From a virus (lineage: Duplodnaviria; Caudoviricetes), in IMG/VR virus record IMGVR_UViG_3300035208_004923, positions 352,001 to 416,000 of that record: a DNA stretch of 64,000 nt. One strand, written 5' to 3'. A model generated the notes under the pieces. That model worked only from the letters and a program-made list of their open reading frames with translations. It did not search any database and had not been told where the DNA came from. Made by a program: the position numbers and the translations under genes. This document shows, in pieces, positions 53,081-63,678 of the stretch. Numbering within the stretch: the first letter of the stretch is position 1; every line of letters begins with the position of its first letter.

Positions 53081-54141
53081 CGCGACCTCTTGTATAAATT
53101 AAACAAACAGTATCAGTTTCTTTACATGCAGATGCAATTGATAATGCAGCATAATTAAAACCGCCGGGAAATTTGATTCCTTCAATCAATCTGTCAGGAC
53201 TGTAATTTTTGTATTTACAGCGTCCTATGAAATGTTCAACGCAGTCTTTTGCAATATCTTCTGGAATTTCAGCAATTAAACCTGCATATATTACAGGTGT
53301 TGCTCCTTTTACAAATTCGTAATACGGAATTTCATCGGTTGATGAATGCCCACTGATATAAATACCATCTTTTAATTTTACTTCCATGACAATAGTTTTA
53401 AGAATTATATGTTTTTGAATCTTGACAATCGCATTTCATCATAGCTGAATGCTTTCCGAATATAACTTCGATTTCGCCGTAGCCATTACATTTAGGACAA
53501 ACTGAATCATCTGGTTCAATTGTAAAGAACAACGATAAAAACTTTAACAATAGATTCATGATTTTACTTCTTTAATGATTATTTCAAGTTCTGCTCCAAT
53601 TTCTAAATTGACTTGTTGTTCAAACCAGTAGTTTTTACCTGTATGTTCATCAACAAAATTCATTTCACCATAAATTGAATAATAATTATACTCAACGTTA
53701 TTTGAAATTGATTTGTGTTTTCCTATGTAAATGGTTTTGAATAACTTTCTTATTGCTTGCGCATCAATAAGTTTTTTACTGTATGTCGATTTGTATCGTT
53801 CAGTTGCTTTTAAATCTTTAAGAATACATTTTGCATCGTATAAGCTAGATGCAAAATGAAATGTATGTTTGTATAACGGTATGTTATTTATTGATAAGTA
53901 ATGTGTTTTTTGATGTATCAAATAAGTTTCCATAAAATTATCTTTCAGTTAACAAACGAGAATTTAAACCTATTATATGACTTGCGAAAATTTTACGATT
54001 TTCATTAATTGTTAAACCAGAGAAAGGACCAGCTCTATCAATTGTTTTACTTGCTAATGTTGCAAGACCTTCCGGACCATTTTTTAACAAATATTCAAGT
54101 AATAATTTTTCTAATGCTTCATTTTGATTTGCCATAACCAA
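53064..54141 (-). CDS. Hypothetical ORFs (53064..53387, 53398..53559 unlisted, 53556..53933, 53938..54141)
   Basis: ORF track plus manual translation MNLLLK...CPKCNGYG...CDC. Confidence 0.6.
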
Positions 54142-54172
54142 TGATTTTAAAATTTGTATTTATCAATTGTTT

Positions 54173-54211
54173 AAAATCAAATATACAACATTAATGAAGC
54201 AATAGCAATGG
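54173..54211 (-). promoter_or_regulatory. Class I promoter repeat
   Basis: aaaatcaaatatacaacattaatgaagcaatagcaatgg. Confidence 0.8.
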
Positions 54212-54220
54212 AAATGACAT

Positions 54221-55814
54221 TTATTTTTTCCAAAGTTCAATCTGATTATCGTATAACCAATTCTCGCCCGATTTGAATTTTATCCAGTGGCATATACCTA
54301 ATACCGAGTTTGCTGTTTTGATAATTTTACCTTTGCTACCAAGACGTGTTGAAGAATAATATTCCAACTTATTTATGAAACGAATTTCATCATCTTTTTC
54401 AAAGGGCTTAGATTTTTTATATCCTTTACCGTTATTTAGCGAATACGGTATATCTTTGCAACTGTGTGATTTGCTGCAAATTAATTTTCCAACATAATCG
54501 TTGCCATCTTTCACAACAGTAACTTCATATCCGTATTCACTTTTTAATCTGTCACCTGTAAAAATTTGATTTCCATTGTCATCAATGTATCCTGTAAAAA
54601 TGATTTTCATTATCCTATTTTATTTAAAATCTCGTGTATTTCGCTTTTCATATTGAAGTATTCGATAAAATCGGGTTCTGTTATTTTGAAGTTATCTATG
54701 CAATTTTGCAATTCTTTAACATCTTTAAGTTGTTTTTCCATACCAGCAATGTCATTGCTATATGCATTTTTGTTTAAAATTTCAATTGCATTTCTTCGAG
54801 TTTCCATTGTGTATTCATTGCCTACCTTTACAATTCCATAATACATTCTATAATTTATACGTTTGTCAATTCCGTATATGTCAAAAGCAGGATACTTATC
54901 AATAAACAAGTTGTCAATGTCAATTATGGTTGCATTTACTTTTACTGCGTCGTGCACAAATTTTGATGCAATAAGATTTTCAAATTTCTTATTGCCAATG
55001 TTTGGTCTGATTGCAATAAATTTTGGAATATATGTACGGAGTTCGTCAATTTTATTCTTTAAGAATTCTAAGTTTTTAAAGAATTTTGTTAATTTTGCGG
55101 TAACATCTACATTAATAGGTAACGTAAGATTGTATTTTGACGATTTATTTTCGATCCCAATGTACATTTCTTTCTTATTCATATCGAAATAATTTCTATA
55201 CAGCTGCAATCGAATCGTACCTTTTATTGCTAATTCAAATTTAATGCCATATATGATTAAGTACAAACTGTTATAATCAATTTCGTATTCAATTTTTGTT
55301 CCTGAAAAAGATTCTAACATGTTTTTAACTTGAACATCTAAAGGTCCATGGAGAAAATTGTCATGATACTTTTCACCATTTGAGTTGATTATATTTGACA
55401 TATATGTTATTTGTATTGATAAGGATATATGATTACAGAAAAGAAAGATACGCCATTCATATCTTTATATGTATAAATAAATGTTACATTATTATCTCTA
55501 AGTATGCCCATTGCACTATTAATACGAATATTTTGTATTAATGAAACTTCCATTTTTGATTTTATTTCTGATATTTGCAAATCTGTAAAATTACTTTTAG
55601 GAGCAAGCAATGTATAATTGTAATCAATAGTTTTTGGCGGGTATACCTTAGTGAATTCCAAACGGGTTATATCATCAATCATTCGTGGACACGTTGTATT
55701 CATTGTTACTGCTGATTGATTCAACAGTACTAATATTTGTTCGTCACTGATTGTTTGTGAATAAGATAATGCGCAAGTTAATGCAAAGACAATTGCTAAA
55801 AAGATTCTTTTCAT
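54221..55814 (-). CDS. Three ORFs (54221..54610 YopX-like start, 54610..55401, 55407..55814 with signal peptide)
   Basis: FTGYIDDNGNQIFTGD; MKRIFLAIVFALTCALSYSQ. Confidence 0.6.
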
Positions 55815-55856
55815 GATTTTTAATTTTAATAGATTAGTTTATAATTTTATTTTATA

Positions 55857-55882
55857 TTATATACAGAATGTTCAAATAGTTT
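55857..55882 (-). promoter_or_regulatory. Class II promoter-like motif
   Basis: AAACT-ATTTGAACATT-CTGTATATAA. Confidence 0.7.
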
Positions 55883-55885
55883 CAT

Positions 55886-55916
55886 AAAAAAGGATTTACC
55901 TTTCGATAAATCCTTT
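55886..55916 (-). terminator. Intrinsic terminator closing the large RIP-leader cluster
   Basis: aaaggattta-cctttcga-taaatccttt inverted repeat with T-tail on minus strand. Confidence 0.8.
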
Positions 55917-55933
55917 AATTTGTTTGTATTTTA

Positions 55934-56335
55934 TTAACGCTTCCAGTTTTTTCCACTTAATAACGTTTGCTTTTCAGATGGTGATAATTCTGATTCATCA
56001 ACAATTTTTTCAAATTCAGATTGAGGAATAATTCTAAAGTGTTTTAATACACCTGCATATGTTTTATCTTTTTCTCTGCACCATTCCCACATGTTCCATT
56101 GATTTGCACCGGATGCATTAGAACGGAATTTCACCGGTCGTAAGTATGCAGTTGTTCCATAATAATGTTTAACAACTTGTAAATTATAAACTGTTAATTT
56201 GTCATTATCATTTTTTTCGTATGCAAGAATTGTGCCAACTGGCAATTCTTTGGGTCCTACAAAATCTGGACCATCAGATTCATTAATTATGCTTTCATTA
56301 ATATATTCGTCAAGTGTTTGTATTCTTCTTTCCAT
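55934..56335 (-). CDS. RIP-leader protein
   Basis: MERRIQTLDEYINESIINES. Confidence 0.7.
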   Translation of the reverse strand: MERRIQTLDEYINESIINESDGPDFVGPKELPVGTILAYEKNDNDKLTVYNLQVVKHYYGTTAYLRPVKFRSNASGANQWNMWEWCREKDKTYAGVLKHFRIIPQSEFEKIVDESELSPSEKQTLLSGKNWKR

Positions 56336-56589
56336 TACTTATTATATTTTTTTTCTAAATAAGAAATAGCATTCTTTAGTTCTGCATAATTAATAAACTT
56401 GATAATTGATTTTTCTTTATTAGCAGTGTACATTGAATCTTTTATCCCAGAATTTGCAATAAAATCTTTTAATGTTCCTACATTAATAAATTTTATTTCA
56501 TTTTTTTCTTTGTTTGCTTTGTACATTTCAAGCGATTCATTAATGCTTTCATTGATGTGTTCATCAAGTGTTGGTATTCTTCTTTCCAT
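56335..56589 (-). CDS. RIP-leader protein with duplicated internal motif
   Basis: MERRIPTLDEHINESINES; MYxANKEKxxIKFINxxxLK twice. Confidence 0.7.
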   Translation of the reverse strand: MERRIPTLDEHINESINESLEMYKANKEKNEIKFINVGTLKDFIANSGIKDSMYTANKEKSIIKFINYAELKNAISYLEKKYNK

Positions 56590-56599
56590 TTTGTTTCTT

Positions 56600-57103
56600 T
56601 TATTTTAAATATCTTCCTATAAAAATTCCAATGATTACTGTTGCAATTGAAATAACTTCAATCCAGTAAATGTATGTATCTTTTTTGAATGTTAATAATG
56701 TTGCAATACCTGCTAACACAACACCTATGCCAATTAACCACCATAAGCCAAATTCAATTCCTAATCCTAAAACTGCTGTTGTTATTCCAGAAATTGCAAA
56801 AATCATATGCGGAACATAAAATTTCTTTTCTTTAATTGTAGGATATGCAGCCATTATCAACAAGCAGGTGCCAGCAATCATATGCATTAATGTTTGAGCA
56901 GATAGCATTATGCTTGCAGCAGAAACCCAAATAAATACTTGAAATAACCAATGAGGCTTAACATAATAATAACTCATTGAAATTGATTTAACATTGCCAA
57001 AATCGCTTCTTACAGCTAAAAGATATATGATAAATGTAACAACGCCAACAATAAGTGATGTTAAACCTAATGTTGCATTAAAAGTGTTGAAAATTTCTAA
57101 CAT
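56600..57103 (-). CDS. Multi-pass membrane protein inside the RIP cluster
   Basis: About six hydrophobic segments; SISMSYY. Confidence 0.7.
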   Translation of the reverse strand: MLEIFNTFNATLGLTSLIVGVVTFIIYLLAVRSDFGNVKSISMSYYYVKPHWLFQVFIWVSAASIMLSAQTLMHMIAGTCLLIMAAYPTIKEKKFYVPHMIFAISGITTAVLGLGIEFGLWWLIGIGVVLAGIATLLTFKKDTYIYWIEVISIATVIIGIFIGRYLK

Positions 57104-57130
57104 GCATAATTACTTATTTTAAATTGTTTA

Positions 57131-57868
57131 CTATCCAAACAGTTGTCGTAATGTGTTATCAAATAAATCACCGGTTACTTCCGTTTTATCTTTTAAATAA
57201 AACTTATCTTTATATATTTTTTCTTTAGAAATTAAAACATCTGGTATTTTTTTACCGTCTATTGAATTGTATCCTGAAAGAATATATTTATCGTTACCTA
57301 TATTTTTTATGTTAACAATATGCATATCATCATGAATCAAATCATATTTTCCTGCACCGTAACTTAATCTGCTATATTTAACAGCGCCTTCCATGTATTC
57401 TTTTTTGTCAGCAGGAAAACTACTATATTTGATTATTTTTGCCCAACCATTATGTAAAGCAACAAACATAAGTTGTAACATAAAATCGTTATAATCATAA
57501 TTAAACTCGTATGACGATATATCCCAAGCAGTCATTTTCACACCTTGCAGTATTTCAGTATATCCGCCTTGGTATCCTTTTACGACAGCAAGTGGCTTGC
57601 CATTTTTATCAATTTCAATTTTACCGTCTTCGCTGAATATAAAAAGAACATCATCTTTTTCTACTTCACGGCTGCTATTTTTTAAAAAATTATTTGTTGC
57701 CGCAACGTGTGAGCCAAACCAGGATGTTGCACTAAGTTTAAAATCAATATCTTTATGATTAAATGGCTTAGTTACAATAATAGCATCACCCTTTTTAAAT
57801 TTTAATGCTTCATTCGATAAGTTTGCTTCATTCAAAAATTCATCGAACTTTGGTATTCTGTTTTTCAT
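57131..57868 (-). CDS. RIP-leader protein
   Basis: MKNRIPKFDEFLNEANLSNEA. Confidence 0.7.
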   Translation of the reverse strand: MKNRIPKFDEFLNEANLSNEALKFKKGDAIIVTKPFNHKDIDFKLSATSWFGSHVAATNNFLKNSSREVEKDDVLFIFSEDGKIEIDKNGKPLAVVKGYQGGYTEILQGVKMTAWDISSYEFNYDYNDFMLQLMFVALHNGWAKIIKYSSFPADKKEYMEGAVKYSRLSYGAGKYDLIHDDMHIVNIKNIGNDKYILSGYNSIDGKKIPDVLISKEKIYKDKFYLKDKTEVTGDLFDNTLRQLFG

Positions 57869-57870
57869 AC

Positions 57871-58200
57871 TTATTTTTTTATTTTTATGTTATTACGTTC
57901 AACCCATGATTCAGGTCTTCCTACTTCAATTAAGAAAGTTGCGCCATTCGACAATTTGAAATAAGATTTGTCATAATCATTGCTTCTAAGATAAGAAAAC
58001 TCATTCCCTTTTTTAATTGTAAAGTAACAGCCTTTCCATGATTCTCGTTCACGTTCGTCTGCTGGAATTGATTGCATATATGACTTTTCAACGAATACTG
58101 AAATATCTTCAGTTGCAATTAACGTATCATTAGCTTTTAAATAATGTTTTGATTCAGCTTCGTTTATATGTTCATCCAAACTTGGTATTCTGTTTTTCAT
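57871..58200 (-). CDS. RIP-leader protein (start corrected to 58200)
   Basis: MKNRIPSLDEHINEA. Confidence 0.7.
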   Translation of the reverse strand: MKNRIPSLDEHINEAESKHYLKANDTLIATEDISVFVEKSYMQSIPADERERESWKGCYFTIKKGNEFSYLRSNDYDKSYFKLSNGATFLIEVGRPESWVERNNIKIKK

Positions 58201-58207
58201 ATTATAG

Positions 58208-58489
58208 TTATGTTTCATCTGTATAAATTGATACAACCGGGTATTCCAGTATGTAATTTAATTTATTTATTGGCTTTGAATATTCAACGCAAATCATATA
58301 TCCATTAATGCTAATACCAAGAATACCTTCGCCATCAACTTTGCAAGAATTTATCGCAAATTCTTTTAATAATTCATTCTCAAGTTCATGAACTGTTTTT
58401 GCTCTTGAGCTTTTTATAAAAGAACTGATATCATTGCGTACAGCTTCAAATATAAAGGTATCAAATAATGGAATTCGTATATTCATCAT
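58208..58489 (-). CDS. RIP-leader protein
   Basis: MMNIRIPLFDTFIFEA. Confidence 0.65.
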   Translation of the reverse strand: MMNIRIPLFDTFIFEAVRNDISSFIKSSRAKTVHELENELLKEFAINSCKVDGEGILGISINGYMICVEYSKPINKLNYILEYPVVSIYTDET

Positions 58490-58791
58490 TTCTTATTTTT
58501 TACAGCCGATTTAACATATACTAATAAATCATCATAACTTACAAGTTTGTAATCGTTTTCTTTTTTCATAAAATCAGAAATTTCTGTTGCATCGCCGAAT
58601 CCTCTAGTATTTAAAACTGCAGCATAATTTGCAATCTTATTTCTTTGTGCATGCGTTAATCTTGCGTATGCAGGAATCAATTCTTTGCCATCAGGTGTCG
58701 TGTAATTACTTTCAAATTTGAATAAGTACATACATTCATCATTTGATGATTCAAAAATAAATTCATCAAGTGTTGGAATTCTTTTATTCAT
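58486..58791 (-). CDS. RIP-leader protein
   Basis: MNKRIPTLDEFIFES. Confidence 0.7.
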   Translation of the reverse strand: MNKRIPTLDEFIFESSNDECMYLFKFESNYTTPDGKELIPAYARLTHAQRNKIANYAAVLNTRGFGDATEISDFMKKENDYKLVSYDDLLVYVKSAVKNKK

Positions 58792-58797
58792 TCCTAA

Positions 58798-59148
58798 TTA
58801 TTTTTTTTGAATTAAGCCAACGAACTCAATGATTTGCGCATCGGTTGGCCAAGGCGTACTGATTCCTTGTCTTAAAATTGATTTAACGCCATCTACTGTA
58901 AGATCATCAGTTTTAAGTGATGCTGATGGGTTTTTACCGTTGTTGTCTCGTCCAACAATCATGTTAGGAACAATTTGGTTTCCTGGTTGTTCATATGTTT
59001 TGTGCATAAATGCAATACACGGCCATGTTTTGCCGAAATATCTTAATAACATCGGTTCGCCGTTATTTGCACTCACAATCCATTCTTTGCTTGCTTCATT
59101 AATGTTTTCATTAATGTGTTCATCTAATGTAGGTATTCTTTGTTTCAT
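58798..59148 (-). CDS. RIP-leader protein (start corrected to 59148)
   Basis: MKQRIPTLDEHINENINEASK. Confidence 0.7.
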   Translation of the reverse strand: MKQRIPTLDEHINENINEASKEWIVSANNGEPMLLRYFGKTWPCIAFMHKTYEQPGNQIVPNMIVGRDNNGKNPSASLKTDDLTVDGVKSILRQGISTPWPTDAQIIEFVGLIQKK

Positions 59149-59167
59149 TTTCGATATACTTATTTTA

Positions 59168-59608
59168 TTATTGTCTAGGATGTTTCCAAACATATATAGT
59201 TTGATTGTCTATATCTGATAGCCAGTCTTTTATGTCGTCCCAATTATCAAAAATTACATATTCTCTTGAATTTACATCCCATGTATATGTTAAAGGCCGC
59301 CAAGTAGGTAACTTGTCTAACGTTTTTGATGCGCCACATGTATAAAATAATTCCCATCCTTTACCACCGAATCCGCCAAAATCAACATCAGGATTTTTAC
59401 TGTGTTCTTCTCTGCTAGAAGGCTTACATGTACAAAAACTTGCGGATGTCATTCCAATCTTGCCACCTAGCGAATTCCATTTATTTTTAACTATTAATGC
59501 AGGAACCGATTTTAGATTATCCCACCATTTTTCTACGTCGAAGTCTTTGCTTGCTTCATTAATACTTTCATTAATGTGTTCGTCAAGACTTGGTATTCTT
59601 TTGTTCAT
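59168..59608 (-). CDS. RIP-leader protein
   Basis: MNKRIPSLDEHINESINEASK. Confidence 0.7.
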   Translation of the reverse strand: MNKRIPSLDEHINESINEASKDFDVEKWWDNLKSVPALIVKNKWNSLGGKIGMTSASFCTCKPSSREEHSKNPDVDFGGFGGKGWELFYTCGASKTLDKLPTWRPLTYTWDVNSREYVIFDNWDDIKDWLSDIDNQTIYVWKHPRQ

Positions 59609-59623
59609 ATGATTTAGTTTGTT

Positions 59624-59632
59624 TTATATATT
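59624..59632 (-). promoter_or_regulatory. Class III (late-like) promoter motif AATATATAA heading the RIP cluster
   Basis: Same motif precedes 26324, 50274 and the endonuclease transcription units. Confidence 0.5.
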
Positions 59633-59655
59633 CTAAAAAGTTATTGAGAATTATC

Positions 59656-60925
59656 TTATAATCCTCTTTTAATTTCTAAAATATCACATGAATTGAATGC
59701 ATACGTCCTTTCAATTTTTTCATCGGGCTGTCCTTCGAATTGAAAACTTGAATTACTTCTGTACTGTTTAACTTTACGTATAACAAGCCATCCATCTTGT
59801 TGATATGATTGCAATTCTTTTTTATGTTCATCAGACCATTCTGACAAATCAACTTTCAATTTGTCACCTACATATATTCCTACTTTAAACCAAGCCATAC
59901 TAATCGTTATTACGTGTGTGTTTACTAAAAAATTTATCGACTGTCATTTCTTCACTATCAGAATACCTTCCTTTTGGAATACTCATAAAGATATTTAATG
60001 CAACTACAATGTCATATTCATATTCAACATTAATATTTGTTTTTTGCAAATATAACTTGAATTCTTCTTGGCATTCACGGCAAACATATCCGATACCCTC
60101 TATATACGTATCGCACATTACATTACCGCATTCATTTCTATTACATGATAATACACTCATCTTTATTCTGAATTTTAACTTAATAACTTAACTTGCATTC
60201 TTGTTTCTATAACCTTTGCTTTTACATAATATTCTAAACGTTTTGCAGATTCAATGTATTCATCTTTCAATTTTTGAAATTCAGCATCATTAATTTCTTT
60301 CCAACTTGAATATCCATTAAAACAATAATGAAAACCTTCTTCTTTCATTCTGTATTTAATATTTTCCCATTCTTCTAATGATTCTAACGCTTTCTCTAAT
60401 TTATCTTCCATTTGCTTATGTATTTCGTTTACTTAATATTTTTCTATATTCATTTTGAAAATTTTTCAATAATTCACAACTGTTTGTATGACACAATTCA
60501 CAATTATAGTGTATGTCATCCCAATGGTCATGCTTATTTATTTTGCAATTAATGCATGGGTTATTATCATCGCGCCATTTTATTACTGGTGACAATTCTT
60601 CTAAATCTTTTGCTAATTGCGTATCTCGTTCATCCAGATTCGCAATTATATTGTTACGTGAATTATCATCAATAACATATTTTGTAGGATAACTCCAATA
60701 ATCGCTTTTAAATCCCACATTATTTTCTTTCATGAATTTTAAAATCAAATAAACATGAAACATGAAATTTTCGCAGCAAATCTCATTATATGAATCACCG
60801 GTTTTGTTTTCTGCATAAACAGAATATCCTAATTCGCCAGAATCTCCTCTGTACGATTCAATTTTTATATTTCTGTCATATCCATATGAACATAACAAAA
60901 CTTTAAATACATCAGTATTCGTCAT
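59656..60925 (-). CDS. Four hypothetical ORFs (59656..59898, 59900..60160, 60175..60411, 60416..60925)
   Basis: ORF track. Confidence 0.6.
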
Positions 60926-60929
60926 AATC

Positions 60930-61913
60930 TTATCTTATAATTTTACAATCTTTTTCAACATATACTTTATGCGGTTTATCAACGATTTTACGGACCAATG
61001 TGTTTTCTTCAGATCCTTCCGTTACATATTTTGCAATAATTTCGTCAGTTGGTTTCGATTCCCATATGCATGCAGCATTGTAATGGTTTGCTCTTATTCC
61101 TGAATACCATTTATCTGATTGTTTTGTAATGTAAGTATTCATTTCATCAATTGAAATAACTTTATCTGTCTTACCTGTATCGAAACATTTCTTTGTTTTG
61201 CAACACATGTATTCCCATCTGCCATCATTGTATTTTCGTTTATTCCTAAACATGTGAAACTTTTCAGGATGAATTGTTGTTACTTCAGTAACTTCCCATC
61301 TATTACGTCTTGCAGCATCTTCACTTATAACTTCTGTTCCTCTAACGTATTCCCATCCTGTTAATAACAAATAGTAATTACCGATGTAAACAAATTTTGT
61401 TGTTCCTTCTCTATCTGAATACACATGCCCAGGTATCAAATCTTTCATTGCAACAATGCCTGATGTTATTGTTGACGTTTGTTCTTTATATTTTTCATAA
61501 TCTGAAGATTCAACAGATATTAAAGATAATGAAAACTTGTCCCAAACTAAAACCAATTCACCCATGATTTCACCTTTTATGATGTCATGAAAACCCATAA
61601 GTGCAAATAAATTATCAGCAGTTATTTCAAATTCAAAACCTTTTGGATGAATAATGTAAAACATAGTTCTTCCTGAACCAAACCAATCTGCAGATCTTTG
61701 TGTTAATCCTGCAAGTTTGAATCCTTTTGATGGTTCATTTGTTATTACTGGAATTTCTTTATCGCCCCATGATGACCAAGATTTTTCAGCTCGAATCTTT
61801 CCATTCTCATCGACATAAGTTATAAATCCCAATGGAGTTTTACTTCCATCTTTGCGAATTCTTACTTTTAATTCTTTAGGTAATATCATATCATTATAGT
61901 TTATATTTATCAA
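60930..61913 (-). CDS. Conserved phage hypothetical protein, paralog of 560..1819
   Basis: LGFITY...EKSWSSWGD...RSADWFGSGRTMFYIIHPKGFEFEITADNLFAL. Confidence 0.75.
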   Translation of the reverse strand: MININYNDMILPKELKVRIRKDGSKTPLGFITYVDENGKIRAEKSWSSWGDKEIPVITNEPSKGFKLAGLTQRSADWFGSGRTMFYIIHPKGFEFEITADNLFALMGFHDIIKGEIMGELVLVWDKFSLSLISVESSDYEKYKEQTSTITSGIVAMKDLIPGHVYSDREGTTKFVYIGNYYLLLTGWEYVRGTEVISEDAARRNRWEVTEVTTIHPEKFHMFRNKRKYNDGRWEYMCCKTKKCFDTGKTDKVISIDEMNTYITKQSDKWYSGIRANHYNAACIWESKPTDEIIAKYVTEGSEENTLVRKIVDKPHKVYVEKDCKIIR

Positions 61914-63678
61914 AGTTTTTTGGCTTCTCGGGTTCTTTGCCTTCTTTTAGAAATCTATCTTCTGGCGGTGTAGGTGGTGGAATATTCTGCTTTTGTTCTT
62001 TCATATAATTGGCATAATCTTTACCTGCAGGATCTCCAAAAACAGCAGCGTTTAATGCAATTCTAAATTCACCAACTAACGTATCAATTAATTTTTGTTT
62101 ATATGAATCATGGTCAATGCCAAAGTATTCTATGTTATCAACACTTTCAAGCCATTGTGTTGTCCGGAATCTGTATTGATAATTGCATATAAACCCATCA
62201 AGATGTGTTCTTTCAAGATTATAAGTCAATTTCTTTTTTTCTTCTATTTCCATAAGTTTACACATTTAAACAAATTACATTTTGCAAACTAGTCCAGATT
62301 GGACACGTTTCAGCGTGTGTAAAACCATCACAACCTGGCGCTTTGTTTGCACACGTTCCTACGTAACCTCGTCTTCTAGGAATTGCAATTGTGTCATCCC
62401 AAACTATTTTATGACTGTCATGTCCATTGTTCATGCAGAATCTGCATAAATCAGCAATTGTGATTAATCGAATTTCTTGTCCGTCTTTGTTTGTTATCAT
62501 AATACTTTATATAAAATTAAACACGCAGTTGCAATTAACAAAATATTGATTAACCTTTGTGTTCTGAACTTTTTATAATCGCATGAACTGCTACCAAATA
62601 CAATTTCATTGCATGGCGTTCGATGCCATTTAAACCAGAAGTTATTCCACGATCTTCTCATATTTCAACATATTTGAAATTTTTGTAATCCAAATCAAAA
62701 CCGTCCATAAAGTTTTTATGATTCAAATGATAATTCATATTATCCACAAGATCTTTGATTTGCAAATGTGCCTCATCGCCTTTGACAGTTATACTTGTTA
62801 AACAAAATGTGGTTGGTAATATGTCATCTCTGTAAGTATCGCCAACAGATAATTCAATTCGCCAGTCATCACCGTATTGCCAGTATCTTCTGTCTGCACA
62901 TCTGGTTAAAAAGAACAATCCTTCATTTGTTACATTAGCGTAAAACCAAATTCTGAACGGCGTTTTGTCATGCCCACAGCAACTTTCGATTGTCATTACG
63001 CCAGGTAATGAATTCATCGCCTCAATAATCTCTACACATTGCAAATCAATTGTGCCGTATTCTGGACCTATTAAGTCACTTATATTACTTTGTAATTTTT
63101 TCATACTTGTTTTGTTCCGTAAGTTTTATAATTTTTAGTTTCAATATGCCAATAGCAATCACCTATCCAGTAATGACAATTTATTGCTTTATCAACTTCC
63201 TTTTGTGTAAGCGTAATTCTTTTACCGTTTCTTTCTTCTTGCAATGTAAACGGCGTTATTCCAATGCAACGGTAATAAATTCCGGTAAAGGCTTCACGTT
63301 CTTTTGGACACCAATGAGCAGTATGCATAAATCCTATTGTAACATGGTCACCTAATTGAATTTTAGTTTTTGTTACAACTCGTGACTTCATTTCTTTTGT
63401 GAATTTTTCAGCCCGTGCAATCAACTCTGTCATTTCGCACATACCTTTAATTTTGCAATAATGTAATCTTTAACGCTTGATGGTTTTACAGCAGTTGGAA
63501 ATAAACCTTCTACACCAACATACATTAAATCCGTTGCAACTTCTCTTGCATCAATTTTGAAAAACTTTTTATCAGGTGAACTTATGGTTACATGTGTTGC
63601 TTCACCAAATCGACCCGAACCTACCCACCAGAACCATTCCTGATTATCAATATGAATAACTCTTTTATGCTTCTTCAT
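61894..63678 (-). CDS. Hypothetical ORFs (61894..62265, 62258..62500, 62658..63104, 63101..63442, 63430..63678)
   Basis: ORF track; 62658..63104 has DLQCVEIIEAMN...TIESCCGH, reminiscent of the Tyw3 N-terminus. Confidence 0.6.

Noticed and set aside
4212-54211. 39-bp repeat as a CRISPR array
   Set aside because: Copies are 0.6-17 kb apart with genes between them, sit at promoter positions, and no cas genes are visible
55934-59608. RIP leader as a secretion signal or a diversity-generating retroelement repeat
   Set aside because: Leader is charged with no hydrophobic core; no reverse transcriptase or adenine-specific TR/VR pair seen
62658-63104. tRNA wybutosine methyltransferase Tyw3 call
   Set aside because: Only the short TxxSCxGH-like motif matches; insufficient to assign function
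1260-63355. Most plus-strand ORFs in the track (e.g. 3414..4034, 5459..5884, 6769..7218, 43227..43778, 58829..59218)
   Set aside because: Antisense shadows of well-supported minus-strand genes, with Phe/Ser/Ile-rich composition and no motifs
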